DNA from: Candidatus Dormiibacterota bacterium
Lineage (GTDB): Bacteria; Chloroflexota; Dormibacteria; Aeolococcales; Aeolococcaceae
DNA length: 64,000 bases
Assembly (NCBI GenBank): GCA_963716365.1
Contig: OY970307.1
Span: forward strand, 2,969,682-3,033,681
Reading direction: 5' to 3'
Shown: piece by piece, positions 30,863 through 41,324 of the stretch
Position numbering within the stretch: position 1 is the stretch's first letter
How the letters are laid out: every line of letters begins with the position of its first letter
Program-made: the position numbers and the translations under genes
Notes under the pieces: model-generated
The model's input: only the letters and a program-made list of their open reading frames with translations
Told to the model about the DNA's origin: nothing
The model's database searches: none

Positions 30863-31946
30863 ATGGACCATGGAGCCGATGCCGCACTGCCCTTCGTGAG
30901 CGTGGTCATTCCCGGTCTTCAACGAGGAGCGCTACATCGGGGCGTGCCTCGACTCCGTCCTCGATCAGGACTACCCGCAGGATCGGTACGAAGTCATCGT
31001 CGCCGACGGGGGATCGTCCGATGGGACACGGAGCATCGTCGAGTCCGTTGCCGCGTCCCATCCGAACGTGCGCCTCATCGACAACCCCGGACGTACCCAG
31101 GCATCAGGACTGAACCTCGGGATCATGGCGAGCGCGGGTGAGTACATCGCGCGCCAGGACGGTCACGCCGAATGGACGCGGCAGCACCTGAGTCGCTCGA
31201 TCGCCTTGCTCCGGGAGTCCGGCGCGGACAACGTCGGTGGTCGCGCGGACGGTGTCGGCGCCGGGATGACCGGACGAGCGATCGCGCGCGCGATGCAGTC
31301 GCCGTTCGGTGTCGGCGGAGCCCGGTTTCGATACTCGACACGGCCGGAGGAGGTCGCGACGGTGTTCCCCGGAACGTTCCGGCGGAGCGCCTTCGAGCGT
31401 GTCGGCCTGTTCGACGAGGCCTACCCGCCGCACGAGGACTACGAACTCAACGATCGAATCCGCGCGACCGGGGGCCATGTGCTCTTCAGCCCGGACATCC
31501 CGACTCGCTACTACGTCCGCGATTCGCTGAGCGCGCTCGCGCGCCAGTACTTCCGCTACGGGCGGGCGAAGGTTCGGGTGGCACGGGCTCGCCCAGGCGT
31601 GATCCGCCCGTACCATCTCGCGGCCCCGGCGCTGGTGGCAGCTGTGCCGGCGGCGCTGCTCATGACGCTGAGCGGACGCGGTCGCCGGCTGGTCGTCGCC
31701 GGCAGCGCGGTATATGTCGCTGGGTGTGTTGTGGCCGGCATTCGTGCCGGGCGCGGTGAGCCGATGGCCGTCCGTCTGCGGATCCCCGGCGTCTTTGTGA
31801 TCCTCCACATGGCCTGGGGCACAGGTTTCTGGGCGGGCATCGCCGAGGCGGTGCGAGGCGTCGAGACTGGAGGCGGGTCGCCCCCGGCTCTGAGCTCAAA
31901 CGCGTCGAGCGGCGACGATCAACGAGGTCCCCAGCGGTACGGGTAG
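30863..31946 (+). CDS. GT2 glycosyltransferase (ExoA-like); apparent frameshift near 30912
   Basis: FVSVVIP / VFNEERYI..DQDYP..DGGSSDGT, RQDGH, EDYELN, RQYFRYG; C-terminal TMs. Confidence 0.9.
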
Positions 31947-32843
31947 CCTCGCGTCCCAATATCGCTCGGAGGCCGCAGCCACCCGCCCCACCGCATCCAT
32001 CGCAGACGATTGCCTGCCGAGCTGTCGCGCCGCCGATTGGTCGTCGCGGTGCATGCCGAGACGCCAGGGAAGCGCACGAGTCAACAGCAATTGCGGTAGG
32101 ACGGCGGCGAAGCGATAACTGATGTAGACCGATGCGAAGCCAGTCCGTCGCATGAGTTGCAGCAACGTCTTGCGGCGATATCGGCGATGGTGACCCGCGA
32201 AGATGTCGGCTTCGCTCCACAGGCCGGGGAACGCCGGGACTGAAGCGATGAAAAGGCCCTTGGGAGCGAGCACGCGATGGACTTCGGCCATCAGCAGGTC
32301 CGGGTTTTCAAGATGTTCGAGAACGTCGAAAGCACCGGCAGACGGGATCGACCCGGCAGGGAGCTCGAGTTCCTCGAGAGCCGCCTGGATGACGTGCTGG
32401 ATCCCTCTCATCGCCGCGCCGGTCGTCCCCCGGTCGCCCGGCTCGACCACAACGGGTGTGATCCCCAGCGTCTCGAGGTACCGAGAGACGACTCCGTTGC
32501 CGGCCCCGATGTCCCACAGCGCCGCAGGCGTGCCAACCCGTTGCAGGACATCACCGATGATCTCATTGCGCCAGCGAAACCACAGGCTTTGGTCCTCGAT
32601 TTCGAGGAGCGTCTGGTGGGCATCGGCCGAGAATGCAGACGACGGGACATCGCGATCGCTGACCCACACTCCATCACGGAGCGTGGCGTGATCGCCGATC
32701 CACCATCCGTGATCGTCACGGAGCCGAACGAACTCGCGAGCAGGAGCGCCTGACCCGGTGAGCTTCTGCAGGGTCGTGTTCAGCGGAACTGGCCGCGCGT
32801 GCGTCGCGACATCGCGATCATGTGCCTCACCTACTATCCTCAC
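31896..32843 (-). CDS. Class I SAM-dependent methyltransferase
   Basis: EDQSLWF, WDIGAGNG, FDVLEH, SVPAFPGLWSEAD, HHRRY. Confidence 0.85.
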   Translation of the reverse strand: MRIVGEAHDRDVATHARPVPLNTTLQKLTGSGAPAREFVRLRDDHGWWIGDHATLRDGVWVSDRDVPSSAFSADAHQTLLEIEDQSLWFRWRNEIIGDVLQRVGTPAALWDIGAGNGVVSRYLETLGITPVVVEPGDRGTTGAAMRGIQHVIQAALEELELPAGSIPSAGAFDVLEHLENPDLLMAEVHRVLAPKGLFIASVPAFPGLWSEADIFAGHHRRYRRKTLLQLMRRTGFASVYISYRFAAVLPQLLLTRALPWRLGMHRDDQSAARQLGRQSSAMDAVGRVAAASERYWDARLPVPLGTSLIVAARRV

Positions 32844-32922
32844 GGGTGAGGATCTCACGAACGGCGTGGGCTGGGGAAGGGGTCCGGCACGTGCACCCTG
32901 ACAAATCGAATGCTGAGGGACG

Positions 32923-34007
32923 ATGGAAACGGCGAAGACCAAACAGCCACGGTCGCGCGAGCACGAGCCGAGTCTGGGTGAGAATAGTCCGGTGCAGCCT
33001 CGTGAAGACCGTGCTGACGAAGGACAAAGTCCATACATCTCGGTGGTGATTCCCGTCTATCGTGCAGAAGGGGTGCTGCCCGAGCTGTTCGAGCGTCTGA
33101 CGACGACTCTTCGCACAATTGGACGGCTTTACGAGATCATTCTCGTCGACGACGGCAGCCCTGATGGTTCCTGGCCCGTGGTCCGAGACTTCGCGGCCGC
33201 GTCCGACAACGTGACCGGCGTCCTGCTGAGTCGCAACTTCGGTCAGCATCAGGCAATCAGCGCCGGTCTTGATCTCGCCAAGGGCGAATGGACCGTCGTG
33301 ATGGATTGCGACCTCCAGGATCCGCCCGAGGACATTCCGCGGCTGCTCGATGCTGCTGAAGGCGGCTACGACGTTGTGCTCGCTCGGCGCTCGGCTCGGT
33401 ACGGAACGCCGGTGAAGCGCGTCACATCGGCGCTGTTTTACCGAGTGTTCTCGGTGCTGTCCGGCTATCACATGGACCAGAGTGTCGGGACGTTTCGCAT
33501 CATGCATCGAACGGTTGTCGATGCGGTGCAGTCGATGCCGGAGTCGCCGCGCCTTTTCGGTGGGTTGGTCCGCTGGGTCGGCTTTGCAACGGGATACGTT
33601 GACGTCGAGCGCGCGGAGCGTCCGAATCGCAAGTCTGCGTACGGATGGAGCCAGCTCATCAAGTTGGCGCTCGACGGCATCGTTGCATTCTCGAATCGTC
33701 CGCTCTACATATCCATCTCCATCGGCATCACCATGTCGTTCCTGTCTGCCGCCTATGGACTCTTCTGGTCATCAACTTCCTGATCGACCGTCGAGTTGGC
33801 GTTCCGGGCTGGCTCAGCACCATGACTCTCTCGGCCTTCATCGGAGGCATCGTCCTCTTGAATCTCGGCATCATCGGCATCTATGTCGGCCGCATCTATG
33901 AGCAGACGAAACGCCGCCCTCTCTACGTGATCCGCTCCGTCGCATCGCCCGCTCCGGAGCCCGAAGCTCGGCCGGTTGGGCGAGCTCAGCGCACAACAAG
34001 CAGGTAG
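32923..34007 (+). CDS. GtrB/DPM-like GT2 (polyprenol-phosphate glycosyltransferase); apparent frameshift near 33765
   Basis: SVVIPVY, VDDGSPD, SRNFGQ, MDCDLQDPPE, FSNRPL; two TMs and YVGRIYEQTKRRPLY in a second frame. Confidence 0.9.
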
Positions 34008-34014
34008 CCAGCGA

Positions 34015-35161
34015 ATGCCGAAGATCTCTCAAGTCATGAGTCGAGCCGAGCAGGCGATGTCGATCAAGTACAACACCATGGTGTACGAGCTTCGCCAGCA
34101 GGGGATCGACGTGCTCGTCATAGAGTCTCGGTGAGGCGTACTTCGACGTTCCATCGTTCCCAATTGACGATCTGCCGAAGGACACGATCAACCACTATTC
34201 GCACTCGCGCGGCCTTCCCACCCTTCGCGACCAACTGGCGGACTACTTCGCGAGCGAGTACGGGGTGGGCTTCGACCCTGCGGAGAACATCATCATCACA
34301 GCAGGTTCGAAAGCCGCGATCTACATGACGTTGATGTCGATCCTGGATCCGGGCGACGAGGTCGTGTACACCGAGCCTGCCTGGGTGAGCTATCCCGAAC
34401 AGATCAAGCTCTGCTATGGCGTGCCCATCGGTGTGCCGTGCACCCGCGGGATCGCCGGCATCGCGGAGTACATCACGTCGCGGACGCAAGCCGTGATCAT
34501 CACGAATCCCAACAACCCCAGCGGATACGTGTACACCACCGAAGAGCTGCAGCAGCTCGTCGACCTGGCGCGCGAGCGGGACCTCTGGCTGCTCGCGGAT
34601 GAGGCCTACAGCGATTTTGCACCCGAGGGCGCGTTCGTTTCGCTCGGAAGCCTCGATCCTGACTGGGAACGTGTGGTCATCTTCAACTCCATGTCGAAGA
34701 ACTTCGGCATCTCCGGCTGGCGTATCGGCTACGTCATCGCCAACAGTGAGCTGATCGCGAACATTCTCAAGGCGAACCAGCACTTGATCACCTGCCCGGC
34801 GACGATCCTCGAATACTATCTGGCGAAGCACTTCGACGCGATCATCGAGGTGACGCGGCCGCAGATGCGCGCGTTGCTCGAAACACGGACCGCCCTGTCA
34901 AACCACATGCAGGAGATCGGTTTGTTGCGTCTCGAGGGAGACGCGACGTTCTATTTCTTCGTCTCCATCGGGCGCTCGTCGTTGGGATCGGAGGCCTTCT
35001 GCGATCGCCTGCTCAACGAACGCCATATCAGCGCGGTGCCCGGCGTGGGGTACGGCAACTCCTGTGACCGGTACATCAGGGTGTCATTCGGAACGGCGAC
35101 TCTCGAGGAGAACATGCGCGGGCTGAACGAGATCAAGGAACTCATCGAGCAGACGTCGTAG
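34015..35161 (+). CDS. PLP-dependent aminotransferase class I/II; apparent frameshift near 34122
   Basis: SLGEAYF, YSHSRG, TNPNNPSG, DEAY, SMSKNFGISGWRIG. Confidence 0.88.
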
Positions 35162-35178
35162 CGGAGGCCCGGATCAGA

Positions 35179-36368
35179 ATGCCGAGCGATTGGATCCACG
35201 TCCTCGGTGGTGGGGAGTGGCAGCTGCCGACCATCTCGTTGGCGAGAACGATGGGTTATCGGGTGCTTTGCACCGACATGTATGAGGAACGGCCCGGGTA
35301 CGAGCTGGCCGATGCCCATCACCGAGTCGACATCACAGACCGCGCGGGAACGCTACGAATCGCTCGCGACTACGACATCGGCGGCATCGTATGCGACACG
35401 ACAGATGCCGGCGTCCCCACGATGGCATTTGTCGCGGCGGAGCTCGGCCTTTCGGGGATCTCGCCAGAAGTCGCGGCGCGTTTCACGAACAAGCACCTCA
35501 TGCGTGAAGTGACCGACGCGGCCGGGGTTCCCAGCCCCGCGTTCGATCTGGTGCGAGATCTGGGGGACGCCGAGCGCGTCGCGAAGCTTATCGGGTTTCC
35601 ATTGGTCACCAAACCGATCGCGAACCAGTCGAGCCGGGGTGTTCGCATCGTGCGCAGTGCGGCGGAGCTGGGGGCCGCCGTGGCCGAGGCAGCGCGGTTC
35701 TCGAGCGGCGAGGGCATCCTCGTCGAGGGATTTCTCAACGGCGTGGAGGTGACCGTCGAAGGGTTTTGCATTGACGGTGAGCCGTACGTCGCGGGTATCT
35801 CGGACAAGAGTCATTTCGCGCACCGCCCCGAGGTTGCCAGCCGCCTCACGTACCCGGCAGACGCTCCGCCGGCGACGCTCGAGAACATTCGCGCGACGAA
35901 TCACGCCGTCGTCAAGGCGCTCGGAATGGAGACCGGCATCACGCATGCCGAGTACATGGTCGTCGGCGACACGGTCTACCTGGTCGAGATCGCGGCCCGC
36001 GGTGGCGGGAGTAGCGTCTATTCGCACATCGCGCCATTCCTCGCCGGCGCCCCGATCGCGGAGTTCTATCTCAAAAGCGTGATGGGCGAGAGGACGGACA
36101 TCCGACCGGACGGGCGTGCCCGCGCTGCCAACCTTGCGTTCTTCGACATCCGGCCGGAACCGTTCGCTCGATCGCGGGCCTGGAGGCGGGCCGCGCGATT
36201 CCAGGGGTCCAGGAGATCCTCCTGGAATTGGCGGTTGGTGACGTTGTCGGTGAGCCGCAGGATGATCGATCCCGAGTCGGCCAGGTCGTCGTGTTCGGAT
36301 CCACCCGTTCGGAGGTCATGGCCACGACGCAGGCGGTCTTCGATATGGTGGAAGTGGTGACCGCATGA
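35179..36368 (+). CDS. ATP-grasp domain protein; apparent frameshift near 36150
   Basis: VLGGGEWQ, NKHLMR, KP..QSSRGV, VEGFLNGVEVTVE, HAEY, EIAARGGG; corrected frame ends in an ATGA overlap at 36365-36368. Confidence 0.88.
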
Positions 36369-37814
36369 TCATCGACTGTCATACGCACATCTTCGAGCAG
36401 GGGCGCGGAGGTCCACTCGACCTTCCGGCCGGCGCCGATGACCTGGTGCGCGCAATGGACGAAAACGGCGTCGACATGTCGATCGTCCTGCCGTTGCCGG
36501 GCGTCGCGACGAACGAGTTCGTGCAGGATGCATGTTCGCGTTATCCGGGGAGGCTTATCGGTCTCTACACGCCGGAGTTTGACAAGCCTGATGCAACAGT
36601 GGCACTGATGCAGGCATTCCTTGCCAATCACGAGGTGCGCGGGCTCAAGATCCATCCAAGACACCAGCACGTCCGCGCGGATACGCCGGTGGTGCGTGAG
36701 GTGCTCGCGCTGGCTCAGGAGCGCGGCTTGGCCGATTTGTTCGACGTCTTTCCGTGGGGCCCCGACCTCGATGATCTCGGCATTCATCCCAACGCGTATC
36801 ACCGGCTCGCCCAGGAGATGCCCGATCTGCGAATGGTTCTGGCTCATGCCGGGGGTTACAAGGTGACGGAAGCGTTCCTTGTCGCCAAGTCCAATCCGAA
36901 CGTCTATCTCGACATCTCGTTCACGCCGATCTACTTCAAGGGTTCATCGGTGGCGAACGACATCCGCTTCATCTGCGGTCGCCTGCCCGCAGGACGCGTC
37001 CTCTATGGCAGTGACTTCCCGCACGTGCCGATGCGCGAGAGCATGAACAGTGCAGGGCAGATGGCCAGCGACCTTGATGCGCACAGCCGCGAGGAGCTGT
37101 TCGGTGGGGCCGCCGCGAACGTCTTCGGCATAGGTCAGCCGGATCGCCCAGTGCGTGACGTCGACGCCGCGGAGCTTCGCGCCAGATACCTCGAGCGATT
37201 CCGTGAGTTCGGCGTGGATCGCCGGACGCTCGGCTGGAACAAGGATTGCCAGGGCGCGCGTTTCGCGGCTGCGATTCAGCAGTGCAGTGCCGATGATCTG
37301 CGTGCTGTTCTCGATGTCGGCTGTGGGTTCGGCGACTCTGCTCACCTTTCTGCGGCAGACTGGGTGGCAGGGCAGTTACTTTGGGATTGACCTCGTGCCG
37401 GAGCTCATCGACGAGGCGCGCGTCCTGCACAAGGAGGACCGCATGGCCCACTTCGAGGCAGGGGATCTCGCTGCCTGGAGTGCGGAGTTCCAGCCATCCG
37501 CGGCGATCGCGATCGGGCTCTTCAATCACCGCCTCCACCAGGACAACCTTGCGTTCGCGACCGAGACAATCGATCAGATGTGGGGACTTGCGTCACATGT
37601 CGTCGTCTGCGATTTCCTGAGCACGTCGTCCGATGTCCCGGCTCGGCGTGACGACCTGTATTACGCGAACCCGGCCGCGATGTTGTCGATGGCGCAGTCG
37701 TACAGCCGGCGGGCGCTACTCCATCATGCCTATATGCCGTTCGAGTTCATGCTGAAGATCTGGCACGACGATGCGTTCAGCGTGGCCCGTCCGGTTTTCG
37801 CGCCGTATACGTAG
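36365..37814 (+). CDS. Amidohydrolase domain in frame with a class I SAM methyltransferase domain; apparent frameshift near 37337
   Basis: IDCHTH, GLKIHP, LAHAGG, YGSDFP; then LGWNK, VLDVGCGFGD continuing to GIDL...HAYMPFEF in a second frame. Confidence 0.75.
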
Positions 37815-37850
37815 CCCGCGTCAGCGGCGTCGTCGGCTGACTTGTCGCAG

Positions 37851-38995
37851 TTAGTGCGCTGAGAAGGCACCCACAGCGGCGATGACAGACTCGACATCGC
37901 TCGATGCCATGTTGGTGTAGAAGGGAAGGCGGATCAGCCGCGCGCTCACGTCGGTGGTCACGGGGCAATCAGATGTTGCGTTGAGACGCTGTCCAAACGG
38001 CGACAGGTGCAACGGTTGGTAGTGGAAGACCGCAAGGATGCCAGCCGCTCTCAGGTGGGTGATCAGCGCATCCCGCGCTTCCGGCGTCGGCAGGATCATG
38101 TGGAACAGGTGGTAGGGCGTCTCACAGTGCGCCGGCACGAACGGCAGCTGCACGCCGTTGACCTGCGCCCAGTCAGCGAGTCCTTCCGCGTACTGCATCC
38201 ATGCGGTGCGCCGGCGTTCCCACACCCATTCGCGGTCCTCGAGCTGTGCCAGGAGCATCGCCGCCAGGAGGTCCGATGGCAGATAGCTCGAGCCCAGATC
38301 CACCCACGTGTACTTGTCGACGAGGCCGCGGAAGAAGTTGCGCCGGTTGGTGCCCTTCTCGCGAATGATCTCGGCGCGGTCGACATACTGCGCATCGTTG
38401 ATCACGATTGCGCCACCCTCGCCGCACGAGAAGTTCTTGGTCTCGTGGAAGCTGAGTGCCGCGATGGCCCCGAACGTTCCGAGTGGTCTGCCGCGATACG
38501 TCCCCAGCAAGCCTTGCGCGTCGTCCTCGACCACCGGGATGCCGTGTCGCGTCGCGACATCCATGATGGTATCCATTCGCATCCGATGCCGGCGTAGTGC
38601 ACCGGAACAATCGCGCGAGTCTTGTCCGTGATGAGAGCCTCGAGCTTGGTCTCGTCGAGATTGAGCGTGTCCGGGCGTATGTCGATGAAAACCGGAACGG
38701 CGCCTCGAAGCACAAACGCGTTCACCGTGGACGAGAACGTGAACGACGGCACAATCACCTCATCTCCCGGGCTGATGTCGAGCAACAGTGCCGCGAGTTC
38801 GAGCGCGTGCGTGCACGAGGTGGTGAGCAGGACCGTCGCCTCCTCGAGCAGGCCACTGAGCAGCTCCTGGCATCGTCTGGTGAAATCCCCGTCGCCTGAC
38901 AGATGTCCGCTGTGCAGGGCCTGCGTGACGTACTCGTCGACCAGCCGCGTGTGCGTCGGCCGATTGAACGGGATCCTGAGTGGTGTGGTGGTCAT
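37851..38995 (-). CDS. wecE: dTDP-4-amino-4,6-dideoxygalactose transaminase-like (DegT/DnrJ family); apparent frameshift near 38582
   Basis: IPFNRP, SGDG.FT, LLTTSCTHALE, VHYAG, SFHETKN..CGEGG, REKGTNR..FFRG.VDKYTW..GSSY, AVFHY.PLH. Confidence 0.88.
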
Positions 38996-39065
38996 TGGGG
39001 CACGTCTCGATGCACGGCGTGCAATGTAGCGCCTCAGCCTGGCTCGGGGGGTGGCGCGCCGGGTG

Positions 39066-41314
39066 CTAGCTCACCGCCACGATGATGGCGGCCTGATTCG
39101 TGAACACACACGCCCCAGCTGGGCAACGGCAGGGTCGACCGTGCCGTGCATGCGATCGATGAACAGAAAGCGGACGGAGTACTGGTGGGTGAGCACGCTG
39201 AGCGCCTGTGCATCGGCGTGGTCGAACACCTCGTTGTTGAGCGTCTGGCGGTAGACGAAGTTCATCTCGGCCGGGCTGTCGGACCCGGTCGGGATCCCGA
39301 AGCGAACCGAGTCGTACGCTTCGACGAACACTTCGCGTTCCGAGAACGCGGAGTAGTAGTAGTAGCGCCCATCTGTTTCCGCGGGATTGATCCAGTGGTT
39401 GTTCACCGCGAACACAGTTGTGCCGGTGTGTGGTCCCGGAGCCAGTCGAGCGCCGTCAGGAGGTCAGGTGTGAGACCCCAGACCACCTCGGGATCGCGTG
39501 CGGCGATCGTGATGGGGGTGCCACTGACGATCTTCTTCACGGACGGCGCGACGAGAATCGGTGACGTCAGTGCGGACGCCGCGACGAGCGGGATGAGCGC
39601 CAGCGCCCATGCTCCCGACGCAGAGCGATTCCGGCGGCGCATGACGAAGGTCCACCCGACGACGAGTGCGATGCAGCCGGCTCCCAGCACGACATACCTG
39701 GCGACGAGCGCGTGGCCGGGGGTGATCGTGTGCGAGGTGGCAAGGATGGTGGCGATGAGCACGGCAAACGAGACGGCGAGCGTTACCAGCATTGATCGCA
39801 CCGACATCGGCAATGCCAGCCCGGCATCGAGCCATGCAAGACGGAGACCGGCGGCTGCAACGACGCAGCCGGCGACGAACCCGGTGTCGAGAAAATACTG
39901 CTCGCTGAAGGAGATCTGGTGCACCGCAGTTGCTATCGCGAGCCCTGCAATGAACGTGCAGATGCACAGGGCGTAGCGAGCGAGCTCGGCACGATGTTGC
40001 CGGCGCAGCAGATAGAGGGAGCCTGCGAGTGGCAGCAGGACGCCGGCGACGCCGGCAACGTACGCGAAGGGCAGCACGAGATGGCGAAGGGCAGCGTTGG
40101 TAATGCCCTCGGCGGCCACCATCGGGAACGTGCGCGACAGCGACACGAACGGGTCGATCGGCGTTCCCGGCGAACCGGTGCCGTAGATGATCAGGAACGT
40201 CAGCGCAAAGACCGCGACGCCGAATACCAGTGCGGCACAAGCGGCCATCACTGACGGCCGGTGGCGTCTGAACAGGGCAATCACGATGTACAGAGCGACG
40301 CCGCCGAGGATCACCGGCAGAATCGTCGCCTTGGCTCCCGACGCGCCCACGAGGAGCAAAGCGATCAATGCCCAGGACTGCGACATCGCTGACGCGTCCG
40401 CCAGGTTGGCATCTGCAGGCGTTCGTTGATCAGGTGGAGCAGCGGCAGAAGGAACGTCAATCCGAAGAGAAATGTCCAGCTCGTCCAGAGGTGATAGCTG
40501 AAGCTTTCGGCGAACGGATTCCCTCCGCCGTTGGTCGTGAGATCCAGAGGCCCCAGCAGGAACACGGCGACGATTGCCAGCACTCCGACCCACGCTGATC
40601 GCGCCATCGAGCGCCCGAGCGCCAGCAACTGGCATCCGAGCACGACGATCGTGGGCACGAACTCCAGCCGCAGCGCGATCGTCGAAATGCTCACGCGGGT
40701 CACCTGGCTAACCGCCGCCATGTGGAGAAAGACGAACCACTCGTAATGCAGCGGGCTGCCGGACAGACCGGACTCGTGAGCGGCCAGTGGTTCAAGGCCT
40801 GCGCGATAAGTCCGATGAAGAAGACGAAGTCGACGTTGTAGTCGACCGACGGTGGCGAGGACGGCAGCGGGACCTGAGGAAGGAACATCAGGACCAGATA
40901 GAGGATGGCCGACCGATATGGCCGCAGCCGCCGCCCACATCGACAACCCCGACATTCGAACTTCGCGCGTTTCCGCCGGCGCTGCATGCCGGCGAAGCCA
41001 GATCACCGACGCGCTTATCGCCAGAACAACGAGCGGGTAGACAGAGAAGAGCCCGCGCGCGCCCATCGCCGCGGTCGCGACAAACGCCAGGATCTCGAGG
41101 GTCTGACCGAGCGGCCAGCCGATCGCGATGGCGACGAGCGATCTCGGCCGGCGCCCGCGGACAGCCCAAAGCAGCGCGGCCCCCGGAAGCGCGACGAAGA
41201 GATCTCGTAGCCGAGAAACCGAACGATGTCGAACAGGGCGAACGCCAGAGACGACCCATATCGTCACAGCCACCGCGGAGACCAGCGCGACGGGCCGAGG
41301 GCGCGCGCCGGCAT
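39066..41314 (-). CDS. Large polytopic membrane protein, GT-C-like, paralog 2 (several apparent frameshifts)
   Basis: Fragments carry LHYEWFVFLHMAA, FLLGPLDL, WTSWTFLFG, GASGAKATILPV, NHWINPAETDGRYYYYSAFSERE, YSVRFLFIDR. Confidence 0.72.
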
Positions 41315-41324
41315 CAGTCCTGCG

